Below are positions 1-9,651 of a stretch of 64,000 bases of DNA, one piece after another (positions within the stretch are counted from its first letter, which is position 1; every line of letters begins with the position of its first letter). The notes under the pieces were generated by a model. That model made no database searches, was not told where the DNA came from, and saw only the letters and a list, made by a program, of their open reading frames with translations. Position numbers and translations under genes: made by a program. Where the stretch lies: IMG/VR virus record IMGVR_UViG_3300001782_000005, positions 62,001-126,000 of that record. The stretch is one strand, 5' to 3'.

Positions 1-418
1 ATCCATTATAACTATTTGCAACAATAAGGTTAGGGTAGATGTCTCCCACCTGGGGATAATTTGTAACATTTTGTATTAGAATCTCCCCGAGCATCATCGT
101 ATACTGATAATTCATAAATACATGCTCTGTAAATATTGGAGATCCAACTTCAGAAACTGATTCTCTAATTGACGAAAGAACAATCTCATTACCAACGAAT
201 TGATATCCGTCAGAAACATAACCGGCATAGTCCCATTGCCCTGCTTCTTGATTCTCACGAGTAGGCGGACGTGTGAAAATTGCGAGCAGGGGTACTTGAA
301 CCTCAGTATTTGTTTTCAACTGCTGATACATTACTTCACTATACCTATCTGAATACTGATACACGCCTGTACTATGGACAGTTAATCCCATGTCCAACGC
401 ACGATCTAAAAATGCCAA
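1..418 (-). CDS. DUF932-like phage protein (runs off window edge)
   Basis: Not in ORF track. AGGAGG RBS then TTG at 418; reads MAFLDRALD...GYVSDGYQFVGNE...GDIYPNLIVANSYNG, resembling DUF932 motifs. Confidence 0.55.
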   Translation of the reverse strand, partial: MAFLDRALDMGLTVHSTGVYQYSDRYSEVMYQQLKTNTEVQVPLLAIFTRPPTRENQEAGQWDYAGYVSDGYQFVGNEIVLSSIRESVSEVGSPIFTEHVFMNYQYTMMLGEILIQNVTNYPQVGDIYPNLIVANSYNG

Positions 419-531
419 ATTTTACCTCCTATAGTAATAGTTATTGTTGTAATACTACAACTAGAACAAATATTTAACCAAAGTATCTAGAGGGTAGAGA
501 GGAGGCACATCTTTTACCTCCTCTTTATTTT

Positions 532-1086
532 CTATGTTAGTAAATTTTCAGTCCGTAGGGTAGTTATCAAATTATTAACATAAGATTGCATATCTTGGGG
601 CCTCAATTGCTTCACAAACTCAACATCTTTTATTATTTTCATTCTGATAGCTCCGTTGCTACCAAATATAGCTTCATTCTCCCTAAATATTCTATATTCA
701 TATTTCTTCTGTCTATCCCTCATTTTATTCTGGATATCCTCCAGTTTAGATGGGTCCGCCGCTCGACTATGTCGGATACCAACCGTTCTATAACCCTCTC
801 CTCTATCAATTGCGTAACCTTCCATTCTAAGTTTACGGAGGGTAACACTACAACAATACTCAACCTGACGAAGAAAATAGTCTTTCTGGTCTTGCCGGTT
901 AAAGAAAGACGGAAGACCCCTCTCAACGCCATTTTGCCATAGTGCTTCACCAACCTGCACTGGAAAAGTTGGAGGTGGAACTATAGTTAGATCGTGATTA
1001 CTACTTTCTAACCAGTTCCTGACATAGCTATCTACTACAGTTTGCAATGGATCTTCAAAAGGGTTCATATTTTCTCTCCTTCTCAA
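532..1086 (-). CDS. hypothetical protein
   Basis: 184-aa ORF on coding strand, GGAG RBS before MNPFED. Confidence 0.6.
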   Translation of the reverse strand: MRRRENMNPFEDPLQTVVDSYVRNWLESSNHDLTIVPPPTFPVQVGEALWQNGVERGLPSFFNRQDQKDYFLRQVEYCCSVTLRKLRMEGYAIDRGEGYRTVGIRHSRAADPSKLEDIQNKMRDRQKKYEYRIFRENEAIFGSNGAIRMKIIKDVEFVKQLRPQDMQSYVNNLITTLRTENLLT

Positions 1087-1143
1087 TGATTTCTAAAAAA
1101 TCAGAAAAACAAAACCTAGTAAATTTCAATTTCTTTTAGGATC

Positions 1144-2547
1144 TCACCTCCCCTCTTCTCTCACCAGACCTACATTTTCCATAAGTTCACTTATTTCACT
1201 ATAAAGTTGACGGTTTGATGTATGTAACAAAGTTAGACGGTGAGTAAAATACATTAGTGAACCAGAAGGAAGTTTCTCTATAATATCTCGATGTCTCCCT
1301 ATTCTGGTTTTACACTTATCTATAGCATTAGTTATAGACTCTAAATCTTTATCAATTATTTTGTGAGTATGTTGACGGCGAGAACATGAAGTACAAAGTT
1401 TTTCTCTAAAATCCACTATTGGTTGTGATTTACAATCTATACATATACAACTCGCACAATATGGAGAATCTGCTCCTTTTGGATTTCTCTTACAGTTTAT
1501 ACAAGCACAACCGCCACATATAATATTTTCTTGTGCAACTCGTGATGTATTACAAACTGGACATAGAAAAATCTCAACCACTTCCTCTTCTCTTCTCTCA
1601 GCCTCTGCTTCTTGTTCAGTTACCTGCTCCTCAGAAGTTTCAATTACTTCTTCACTTACCTCTTCACCCTCACTCTTATCTTCCTCTTCAGTATCTTCAT
1701 CCTGCTCAACAATCGCTTGTTCATCTTCTACAACCTGTGTCATATCTTGAGTTTGTGATATATCATGATCTGTAGATTCTTTATCTCTAATAGTCTCTAC
1801 ATATTGTAGAAGAATTATATCACGAAAGGAACTATACTCCATCGTTGGAACTTTTTCCCTAATTAAATAACTAATCAGGTCTTCTAAAACTCCAGAAGGA
1901 ACATTAAGAGAGTCTACTGCATTTATAAAATACTCAATATGACTCATTGTTGGAAGTCTAGACAGAGTCTTTATATCAAAACCTTCCTCTTCCCGCCTAA
2001 TCCCTTTTATGAGACTCTGAACTATTCTTTTAGGCATTGAGGTACCAGTAAATCTGTGAAGAAAATCGGCAGTCGGTGCTCCACTATTTTGCATAAGAGT
2101 GAAAGTATGTTCTTGTCTTCCTTCTGGTAACATTTTATAGAATTTCTCAAAATTTGGATCGTGCTTATCTGACCACTGCTTTATAACTCCCTTTAGATGG
2201 TAGTAAGCAATTTTTATAGACTCGATAACTACTTTGATATTCTGTTGCCAACCTGCCATATTTTCTCTAATCATTCTCTCCACCATAAGATTGTCATTTA
2301 TCTCTTCAACCGTAATTTCTACTTCACTATCTCCATCCAGCTCTCTAAGAGCTTGTAATCTATGGTGTCCAAAACAGATTTCGTATTTTCCATCTTCTAC
2401 TTTGCTGGGTCTAGCAATTATATAGTTATCCCAGAATTTATCATCAATAAAATTCTCTTTCAACTGTTCCACCTTTTCCCTATCTATGGGATAATCATCA
2501 AAATTTCTAAAAGGGTTAGGTAGCAAATCATTGACTCTAACTCGCAT
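1144..2547 (-). CDS. ParB/Srx-like N-terminal domain protein with acidic linker and Cys-rich repeats
   Basis: PNPFRN...IIARP...YEICFGHHRLQAL...REN ParB-like motifs; E/D-rich tract; tandem CxxC repeats. Confidence 0.75.
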   Translation of the reverse strand: MRVRVNDLLPNPFRNFDDYPIDREKVEQLKENFIDDKFWDNYIIARPSKVEDGKYEICFGHHRLQALRELDGDSEVEITVEEINDNLMVERMIRENMAGWQQNIKVVIESIKIAYYHLKGVIKQWSDKHDPNFEKFYKMLPEGRQEHTFTLMQNSGAPTADFLHRFTGTSMPKRIVQSLIKGIRREEEGFDIKTLSRLPTMSHIEYFINAVDSLNVPSGVLEDLISYLIREKVPTMEYSSFRDIILLQYVETIRDKESTDHDISQTQDMTQVVEDEQAIVEQDEDTEEEDKSEGEEVSEEVIETSEEQVTEQEAEAERREEEVVEIFLCPVCNTSRVAQENIICGGCACINCKRNPKGADSPYCASCICIDCKSQPIVDFREKLCTSCSRRQHTHKIIDKDLESITNAIDKCKTRIGRHRDIIEKLPSGSLMYFTHRLTLLHTSNRQLYSEISELMENVGLVREEGR

Positions 2548-2572
2548 TTGATCCTCCTTCTTTTATTAGATA

Positions 2573-3217
2573 TTAGTCAACCCTCCTAGCAAAAAATCTC
2601 ATGTATACCTCCCGCCCATCAAACCGGAACATGGGCTCTATACCTTCAACCTTAAATCTTTTCTCTTTCTCAAAATAATATTTAGCTCTATCGGGTGTCC
2701 AGATACTAGCGTGAGAATCTGGTGGTTCATTCAATAACTCAGTGGTTACTAATATATCGTGAGCTTCCCAGTCCTCCTTACTAACCATGGGTTCATTTAA
2801 GATCATACCTGCGAGACGCTCATAATTGGGGACGATACAATCAATATAACCACCAATCTTAAGAACACCCGAGAGAAGGTAAATGAAATAATCCATTTTA
2901 GCTCTTGGTACATGCTCAAGAAACCGATAAATTGAGATATGATCAAATCGTTGTGAGAAACTTTCAAGAAATTTCCATATATTAATTTTACAAGGGATTA
3001 CGTCACTTCTTCCCTCAGTAATTGACCAACTCGAAAACTCCTCCTCAATAATCTTCATACTATCAACGCCATGAGAGTACATTAAATCTACATTAATAAG
3101 GTGATATGGATCAAATTCTTCCAGATTCAAAGGCGGGAACCTTCCAGCAGCTATATTCAAAATCGCTGCTCTTTTCTTTACGGTCTCCTTGGTGGACGTT
3201 GATCGCTCATCACACAT
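2573..3217 (-). CDS. class I SAM-dependent methyltransferase-like protein
   Basis: LNIAAG motif I-like, VD, FLEHVP and LKIGGYI..VP patterns. Confidence 0.65.
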   Translation of the reverse strand: MCDERSTSTKETVKKRAAILNIAAGRFPPLNLEEFDPYHLINVDLMYSHGVDSMKIIEEEFSSWSITEGRSDVIPCKINIWKFLESFSQRFDHISIYRFLEHVPRAKMDYFIYLLSGVLKIGGYIDCIVPNYERLAGMILNEPMVSKEDWEAHDILVTTELLNEPPDSHASIWTPDRAKYYFEKEKRFKVEGIEPMFRFDGREVYMRFFARRVD

Positions 3218-3720
3218 TGATATTCTCCCTTTACTTTATTATAGAAGCACTCAGTACAATAATGTGGAGTACCCCTAAAATCAAAGCACACTTTTAAACC
3301 TTTGCCTTTAATCTTCTCATAATTCTTTCTATCTCTAGGGACCATTAATTCTAACATCTCCTTTTCATCTGCCCCATTCATAAGGCAGTTATACATTGCC
3401 CATACTGATATTTCATGTTTCTCTATCCACAACTTCTGACCTCCTCTTTCTCCGTTTCAAGTAATCATATACTCTCCACCACCGTGGGTCTTTATTCATC
3501 TTCATTCTAACAAAAGGTAGATCTCTGACTTCTGTACAATACTCACATGCTATCTTAGGACTCTCTATGTAACATGATAGGTATTGATATCTATGAGTGT
3601 CAGGGTACAGTTTTTCCATGCTTGAGCAGAAATTTAATATTAGCTCTTCATCTACTCGACCCGCCCTACACTCACTATATATATGTCGAAATGTTTCGTC
3701 TGGATCAATCCAGGTTGGAC

Positions 3721-4203
3721 TTAAGAACATGAGTTGTAGTAACCTCCATAATAATACTTTGTACCGGAATCAGAGCTATCAGTCATATAACGCGGAGACC
3801 ATCTAGCATATAAAAGTAAAACTGCGTAAACTTCTCTCCACTCATTTGATTTAAGAAGACGGTCAGGGAGTTGCTCAAGTATCTTCAAGTATGGTCCTGC
3901 CCACACTGGGTCAGTAATCCTAATGGCAACTTCAGGTCTATTTGCAACATTCTTACAGTACAAATATGCCCAATGAGGGTCAGTTATTAAATCCCTCATC
4001 TCTGGAGTATCTTCTCCATCTACACAACGCTGGAAGGCCCATTGAGAGATTTTCTTTGGTGTTAACCATAGTCTATCTTTTATTATACTTTGCTTGAGAG
4101 AGGTACGCATTAATCGCCTCCTCGCTTGCTTCTCTTTTAGCTTTTTCCAAAAATGCATCAAACTCAGCCGCCCTTTGTTCCATCCTTTTACTAACCTGAA
4201 CAT
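3721..4203 (-). CDS. hypothetical protein with short helical repeats
   Basis: WAxxxC..D..E.R.LITDPxWA repeat occurs twice; also shared with 4073..4402. Confidence 0.55.
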   Translation of the reverse strand: MFRLVKGWNKGRLSLMHFWKKLKEKQARRRLMRTSLKQSIIKDRLWLTPKKISQWAFQRCVDGEDTPEMRDLITDPHWAYLYCKNVANRPEVAIRITDPVWAGPYLKILEQLPDRLLKSNEWREVYAVLLLYARWSPRYMTDSSDSGTKYYYGGYYNSCS

Positions 4204-4402
4204 TTGTTTTTCTCTCTTTTAAGTATTTCCAACAGGCAAACTGTGTAGTAATTAATTCCCTTACTTCATTATCATCTTTAACATTTACACAATACCAAGC
4301 TGCCCAGTGAGCTATTGTATCTTCACTCATCCAATTAGCTTGATTTGTTTCTGTAAAGTACCTCCGTCTCAAATCGTTCATGATGCTCCTCTGTAAACTC
4401 AA
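4073..4402 (-). CDS. hypothetical protein, repeat shared with 3721..4203
   Basis: WAAWYCVNVKDDNEVRELITT. Confidence 0.5.
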   Translation of the reverse strand: MSLQRSIMNDLRRRYFTETNQANWMSEDTIAHWAAWYCVNVKDDNEVRELITTQFACWKYLKERKTNVQVSKRMEQRAAEFDAFLEKAKREASEEAINAYLSQAKYNKR

Positions 4403-5120
4403 CTATTACTGATTCAATAAATGGCCATATATAATGATCAAAATATCTTATCCTATCTATGTCTGTTGTATCAAGTAATTTCGTTGTAGATTTTGATATT
4501 TCAACTTCTCCATATCTTTTAAGAAAAACATTAAATTTGTCATCTGAAGACGGTATGCAAAACAATAATGGATTTCTTGATTCCATTATCTCATCGTATA
4601 TCATACGCATCTTCTCAAAAAGAAATTCTGACTTTGGATTTGTCAATTGCTTTGCTAGGAGTTTATAAACACGATCCATCTCTGGATATCGGTAAGGTAC
4701 TCCTTTAATTGCTAACTCTTCTTTTGCCATACTATAAGCAATATATTTCTTTCTATCAAAAGACAATAAGATAAAATCATATATTACTCTTTGTGGCAAA
4801 GGAATATAATTTTTTGTCTTTCTTAGAGATTGAGTGGTTATAAAACCGTCATACTGACGGACGATAATGTTTTCCTCAGAGATTTCATTCAGGAGTATGT
4901 ATTCATCAATTGTTGAGGTAGTAATATCTCGCAGAAACGTTCCTAACTCTTTATTATCTCTGATCCATAACCCAATTTGTATGTTCCTCTGCTCCTTATC
5001 CTCTAAATCCAATTTTGATAAATCAAAACCGAATCTTTCGAGGATGGTATAATGGCATGCAGAAATATCATGGAGAAAAACATTTTTGATGTAGAGTTTA
5101 CACTCTTGATTTATAACCAC
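4335..5120 (-). CDS. short family-B DNA polymerase-like catalytic (palm/thumb) protein
   Basis: DISACHYTIL (motif A-like), RQYDGF (motif C-like), KKYI...IKGV, DIDRIRYFDHYI thumb-like tail. Confidence 0.55.
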   Translation of the reverse strand: MVINQECKLYIKNVFLHDISACHYTILERFGFDLSKLDLEDKEQRNIQIGLWIRDNKELGTFLRDITTSTIDEYILLNEISEENIIVRQYDGFITTQSLRKTKNYIPLPQRVIYDFILLSFDRKKYIAYSMAKEELAIKGVPYRYPEMDRVYKLLAKQLTNPKSEFLFEKMRMIYDEIMESRNPLLFCIPSSDDKFNVFLKRYGEVEISKSTTKLLDTTDIDRIRYFDHYIWPFIESVIVEFTEEHHERFETEVLYRNKSS

Positions 5121-5350
5121 TTTACAATCTCATTTTTAATTTTGTTCCACACATAGGATGTTTGTATCCCGCTTTCTAGGTGAGTAAATACAAACTGAAT
5201 TTCCCCTTTTTCAGAAACACTAGGCATATATTTATTTCTTTCACAAAATTCTTTTGAACCCCTTACTAATTCTTCTTCGCAAGCTTCTGAGCAATTTGCT
5301 CTTACGAGGCAACCCTCGCATTTGCTCGCTGCTGATACTACTGTCGTCAT
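5111..5350 (-). CDS. small Cx2Cx5Cx3C protein
   Basis: CEGCLVRANCSEAC. Confidence 0.6.
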   Translation of the reverse strand: MTTVVSAASKCEGCLVRANCSEACEEELVRGSKEFCERNKYMPSVSEKGEIQFVFTHLESGIQTSYVWNKIKNEIVKWL

Positions 5351-5642
5351 CTATGTCCCTTCTTATTTTCGTTGATGAACCACATCCATACGATACTGTT
5401 GATGTGGCTGTAGTTCCGGTTGGGAAAATTCTAAAGAATTCTCGCAGTTCCTGAAATGTGTCAAAACCATGAAATATTCTCAACCAATCTACCTTGGCAG
5501 CGCAATATATATGACAAATCTCCCTTAGCAAACACCAATTACATGGACTAGCTTCCCACAACTCATCCATAGTTATACTTGGTTGTTTATCTGTCATTAC
5601 TAAACCCATATTACCATCCCTTCCAAAAGAATACGAAGGCAA
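5241..5642 (-). CDS. small Cx2Cx5Cx3C protein
   Basis: PCNWCLLREICHIYC; true start probably downstream of 5642. Confidence 0.55.
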   Translation of the reverse strand: MPSYSFGRDGNMGLVMTDKQPSITMDELWEASPCNWCLLREICHIYCAAKVDWLRIFHGFDTFQELREFFRIFPTGTTATSTVSYGCGSSTKIRRDIDDDSSISSEQMRGLPRKSKLLRSLRRRISKGFKRIL

Positions 5643-5788
5643 CTATTGTCAAGAAAAACTGGCATAGGAGTTCCCACACATAAACTCCATTTCTTATAAA
5701 TGCACAATATCCAAACCACCCACCCCAGGTAAGTAATATAATAGCACCCCATATATTCATATATAAATCTCGTCTAACATTATATTTA

Positions 5789-6316
5789 TCATCCCTTACC
5801 CAAGAAGCCCATAGTCTCAGATATCTCCATGATCCTCTCAAGCGAGATTGGTTTATACTCATGGACATCAACTCCTACGTTCAATATATTTCTTGTAGTT
5901 AAATAATCATCATGTACATGACCACATAAATATAATCTACTTCTATTCTCTTTTGCTCTCCTTGGATCATGTACGAGAGTGGCCTCAAAATCCCCATGTT
6001 TATAATCCAGAAGAGTGTGAACAGAGTGAAAACCCATCTTCTCATAGACAAAGGGTTTGAGATCATCATGGTTACCAAGGATGAGAATTTTCCTTCCATT
6101 TAATCTATCAACAATACCTTGAATGTAACCTCTGTGACGTGCAGTTTTTAAGGTAAGATCTCCAACTATGTGAACTGTATCACTATCAGTAATTATGGAA
6201 TTATAAATCTTAATTAAACCACTATCCATGTGAGTTGCATTTCTCCATGGACGCTTACAATATATTAAGATCATCTCGTTACCAAAATGAGGGTCTGCAT
6301 AAAAATAATCAGTCAT
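5789..6316 (-). CDS. calcineurin-like metallophosphoesterase
   Basis: ADPHFG, VGDL, GNHD, H, GHVH motifs. Confidence 0.9.
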   Translation of the reverse strand: MTDYFYADPHFGNEMILIYCKRPWRNATHMDSGLIKIYNSIITDSDTVHIVGDLTLKTARHRGYIQGIVDRLNGRKILILGNHDDLKPFVYEKMGFHSVHTLLDYKHGDFEATLVHDPRRAKENRSRLYLCGHVHDDYLTTRNILNVGVDVHEYKPISLERIMEISETMGFLGKG

Positions 6317-6527
6317 TAATTCCTTCCCTGTTCTTCCAGAACTTTACAAGCATTTCACCCCGTGTTTCTAACTTCTCAAACTCTTCAAGGTGCTTCTTAG
6401 TTATACCAGGAATTGCCAAAAGATTTGCTCTAGTCTTTGCTGATAGGTAATTATAAAACTCTATTAACTCAATACAACAATTTGAACAGTTTGAATTAAT
6501 CAGACAAGTTTTGCAAGGGTCTTCCAT
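6309..6527 (-). CDS. small Cx2Cx5Cx3C protein
   Basis: DPCKTCLINSNCSNCC. Confidence 0.6.
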   Translation of the reverse strand: MEDPCKTCLINSNCSNCCIELIEFYNYLSAKTRANLLAIPGITKKHLEEFEKLETRGEMLVKFWKNREGIND

Positions 6528-6688
6528 TGTCTACCCTCTCTTATTGCTGCTTCCATCTCTTTTATTATTGGCCTTATATCATCTTTTAACATCTCATCTA
6601 CTATTGGACAAAGTTTAGAGCATGTCACAGATATTAAGCAGGTTCTACATGGAACGTATCTTTCTTTCAAAATAGCTTCAATTATCAT
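6500..6688 (-). CDS. small Cx2Cx5Cx3C protein
   Basis: PCRTCLISVTCSKLC. Confidence 0.6.
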   Translation of the reverse strand: MIIEAILKERYVPCRTCLISVTCSKLCPIVDEMLKDDIRPIIKEMEAAIREGRQWKTLAKLV

Positions 6689-7107
6689 ACCATCTTCTCT
6701 CTTGCTGTAATAATTAACTTGGACATTTTTTCATCACCTTGACAATGCCACCCTCCTTGCTCGTCTTCATATACAGTAACTTTTTTGAATGGCAAACCTT
6801 GCAATTTCTCCTCAAATTCTTGTTTCACATGATCTGGGCAAATACAACTATTGACATCTCCTTCTGAGTATGTCCATGCCATTTCAATATAGTGTGCAAC
6901 TTTTAGAAGATCATGACGTTTCGGTCGTCCATTCCATATACGAATTGCATATTTGAGAACATTCCAAATAGAAATATGAGGAGGAGTGAAATGCATCAAA
7001 TCAACGGTTTGCCCTGATCCATATTTGCCAGTTGTAAACGAACCAATATAATCATGCATCACTTGTGCAAATTTATCCCAATTACCTACACGATCAACTC
7101 CACTCAC
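6685..7107 (-). CDS. DUF3310-like phage protein
   Basis: NVLKYAIR...G...DLLKVAHY pattern; start moved to GTG at 7107 behind AGGAGG. Confidence 0.55.
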   Translation of the reverse strand: MSGVDRVGNWDKFAQVMHDYIGSFTTGKYGSGQTVDLMHFTPPHISIWNVLKYAIRIWNGRPKRHDLLKVAHYIEMAWTYSEGDVNSCICPDHVKQEFEEKLQGLPFKKVTVYEDEQGGWHCQGDEKMSKLIITAREKMV

Positions 7108-7122
7108 TTTAATCCTCCTAAC

Positions 7123-7186
7123 TAAAAAAATGGGGCGTTCCCCTAGTTGGACATCCTGCCAAACTAGTTCCAATGGGAACGCCCCG
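7123..7186 (-). terminator. GC-rich hairpin followed by U-tract
   Basis: GGGGCGTTCC/GGAACGCCCC stem then ATTTTTTT on minus strand. Confidence 0.65.
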
Positions 7187-7195
7187 CTTCCATAG

Positions 7196-7385
7196 AAAGG
7201 GTTGAGTGAGATATTCATGCAGCTACTTCAGTTTTGTCTTCACCCATTAATTCAAATAAGGCAGATCTCTATTTGTGTATACGCGCCTAATCTTTTCTTA
7301 CCACAAATAGAAACTTTTTCTCACCCGACCCCTAGTTCAAAGAACATCGACGATATATTTTTAACGTGTTGCGTCGATCAACACG
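7196..7385 (-). ncRNA. candidate structured RNA (pseudoknot plus multi-stem domain)
   Basis: CGTGTTG/CAACACG stem with loop ATCGACG complementary to downstream CGTCGAT; GGGTGAGA/TCTCACTC and TTTCTATTTGTG/CACAAATAGAGA stems. Confidence 0.45.
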
Positions 7386-7393
7386 GCCGTAGC

Positions 7394-7558
7394 CTATCTG
7401 TATCTTGACAGCAACTCTTCTAAATCTTCTTGTGAGAGTGCTGCCAATTTTGTGAGGGTGATACTCAAGACCTCTTTCACTTGACCTATATTCACTGATT
7501 CTTTCTTCCCCTCTACTAAAGTTATTTCTTTTGCAAATTCGTTGAGATCAATTGTCAT
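7394..7558 (-). CDS. 54-aa protein resembling the HU/IHF N-terminal helices
   Basis: Below ORF-track cutoff; GGAGGG RBS; MTIDLNEFAKEITLVEGKKESVNIGQVKEVLSITLTKL. Confidence 0.5.
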   Translation of the reverse strand: MTIDLNEFAKEITLVEGKKESVNIGQVKEVLSITLTKLAALSQEDLEELLSRYR

Positions 7559-7567
7559 AATACCCTC

Positions 7568-8353
7568 CTATGCAAAGATACTTATTAAGACATTATCAAT
7601 CTGTAAAAGATGGGTAGTGTCTCGCATCTCTGCCTGTCTTTGTGTAAACCATACAAGAACATCTTGATTTGTAGTTACTCCTTCCCTAAATTTTTCGAAC
7701 TGTGGATAAAGTAATATTACAGCTTCAATATCAGCAGGTCTGGTCAACTTTTGGATAATACTAGTTGAGTCAACTTCAGGAATATTAATCCCCTTTCCTC
7801 TTTTCTTTAATTTAACCCTTGCGTAAGGAACTAATATTGTGCCTTCAATTTCGATACAGAAAACGATAACCAAACCAGTCCTTGTCCAATATGCTTTTAA
7901 AACTTTGTCCCCCTGACGATAAATGATCAGAAATCCGTTAGTAAGAACCATCATCGCATATCCAGGCAAATCTAGAACCTGATATATATGAGCATTCTTT
8001 ATCAGGTCAATTGCCCACTCACCAGTTTCACCATCTGGATCAAGGTATTTATAAATTAGAAACCTCTTTGGATTTACATCTTTAATAGAAACTTTTGTAT
8101 GACTAATACCAGGCAGGATTTTATGATTCACCTCAAACCAATCATAAAGACACATAGTTCTAATATTAAACTGATCACTTTGGGAAGGAGTTTGTTGTGG
8201 TGGAGTAACTTGAGGTCGAGTCGGTTGACTCTCTAAATCTAGAGATTGCTCCTCTGGCGTTTCAGTTTCGAAGCTCTCTAGCATACTAGTTAAGTCCCCT
8301 CTCTCTTCTTCACCCATCCTTGACTCCTTTCGATCATTGGGTAGGAACGGCAC
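7568..8353 (-). CDS. hypothetical protein
   Basis: Long ORF; likely start MGEEE (8317) after AAGGAG. Confidence 0.65.
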   Translation of the reverse strand: MPFLPNDRKESRMGEEERGDLTSMLESFETETPEEQSLDLESQPTRPQVTPPQQTPSQSDQFNIRTMCLYDWFEVNHKILPGISHTKVSIKDVNPKRFLIYKYLDPDGETGEWAIDLIKNAHIYQVLDLPGYAMMVLTNGFLIIYRQGDKVLKAYWTRTGLVIVFCIEIEGTILVPYARVKLKKRGKGINIPEVDSTSIIQKLTRPADIEAVILLYPQFEKFREGVTTNQDVLVWFTQRQAEMRDTTHLLQIDNVLISIFA

Positions 8354-8467
8354 TAATCCGTTTCTTACCCTCGTTCACATATGTAACCTTAAATTCGATC
8401 CCTTCAATAAAAAATTTCGTACCAACTTGTGGTAATTGGGTTTTCTCTTCCTCTCTTATTGGCCGCC

Positions 8468-8845
8468 CTAGAGAGTCGGTTTGTGTATTAATTCGTTCTG
8501 TTCCCTCCATTTTGATTTTACTCCTTCACTTCTCCATTCTTCAATGTTTATATCAGCATAAGCTTCTAATGCTGCACCAGCCAACGTCATTATCTTTACA
8601 ATGTGCTCATAAGTCCTTACTGGCGCACTGCCCTGCAATTGTTGTTCTTTACAGGTCTTTAACCATGGTGGAAGGGCGGGAGTCCATTTAGTTACATATT
8701 CTTCTTTTGCTCTTTTTATATAATCATCTAGAAATTCCAGGAAACTTGCAAGGTTGAGACTAGGGTTATTTTGATATTCACCAAATGCATCCCGTTGATA
8801 GTTTCTCTCTTTTTCATAGAGTTTAGTTACTTCGTTGGTATTCAT
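8468..8845 (-). CDS. MazG-like all-alpha NTP pyrophosphohydrolase-like protein
   Basis: ERxYQ...G N-terminus and KIxxLAGAALE C-terminal helix. Confidence 0.45.
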   Translation of the reverse strand: MNTNEVTKLYEKERNYQRDAFGEYQNNPSLNLASFLEFLDDYIKRAKEEYVTKWTPALPPWLKTCKEQQLQGSAPVRTYEHIVKIMTLAGAALEAYADINIEEWRSEGVKSKWREQNELIHKPTL

Positions 8846-8864
8846 CGAGTCTCCTTAATTCGAA

Positions 8865-8942
8865 TGGTCGGGTAGGACAGATTTGAACTGCCGACCCCCT
8901 GCTCCCAAGGCAGGTGCGCTAACCAGACTACGCTACTACCCG
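8865..8942 (-). tRNA. tRNA-Pro(UGG)
   Basis: Cloverleaf; anticodon arm CCTGC-CTTGGGA-GCAGG; TTCAAAT T-loop; encoded CCA. Confidence 0.95.
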
Positions 8943-9198
8943 ACTATTGATTCAAAAGAATATTATTACAAATTTCAGAATATTTACAGTCCTCAGTACA
9001 CTCTTCTATGTTTCTCGCAAAACAATCATGAAATCCATTTTCTATTTGTTTTTTTCTTACATATTTAGTAATGCACTTGTCACATAAACCACCAGATAAT
9101 TCTTCTGATTCTTCACCTCGGACCCATCTTCTACCACACTTAATACAAACATAGGTCATTTTATCTGGCCCCTTATCCTGATAATTCAACATAGATCC

Positions 9199-9651
9199 CT
9201 ATTTATAATTTTGTTCTGCCTCTTTCTTAGGCAGTACTCTGTGGCGAAGAAGAACTTCTACGATTGCTTCACGTATTTCTTTTGTGACAGCGTCTTCAAA
9301 AAAACCAACATTCAAACCAAATTCAACCTTTAATAATTCCATAGCTATATCAATGACTTGACCCATAGTTGCCCGACCGTGTGAACCAAATCTATTCTTT
9401 ATGATATAAACGCCTCTATCTGGATCGTCAAGAGGTTTTATAATTGAAACAACTAGGTCGGCTATATATAACCATCTTGGAGGAGTTCCATGAGGGTGAT
9501 CCTCTCTTAACTGAAATGGATCTGGCAAGTCAGGTTGACTAGCTTTTTCAAAAGTCAATGCCACGTTATCATTCTCTAATATAGATTGTAAATCATCTCG
9601 ACTCATTTTATGCAAATCTCTACCCATATCAAAGATTTTCTTTTTTCCCAT
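9199..9651 (-). CDS. protein resembling a DnaB/RadA C-terminal fragment
   Basis: IADLVVSI...YIIKNRFGSHG; no Walker A. Confidence 0.45.
   Translation of the reverse strand: MGKKKIFDMGRDLHKMSRDDLQSILENDNVALTFEKASQPDLPDPFQLREDHPHGTPPRWLYIADLVVSIIKPLDDPDRGVYIIKNRFGSHGRATMGQVIDIAMELLKVEFGLNVGFFEDAVTKEIREAIVEVLLRHRVLPKKEAEQNYK

Noticed and set aside
280-306. tRNA-like 3' end (GGTTCAAGT on minus strand)
   Set aside because: No paired T-stem or acceptor; lies inside the DUF932-like CDS.
7346-7396. Stop-codon readthrough signal (TAG + 8 nt + pseudoknot)
   Set aside because: The frame after TAG hits TAA within 11 codons, so readthrough would add almost nothing.
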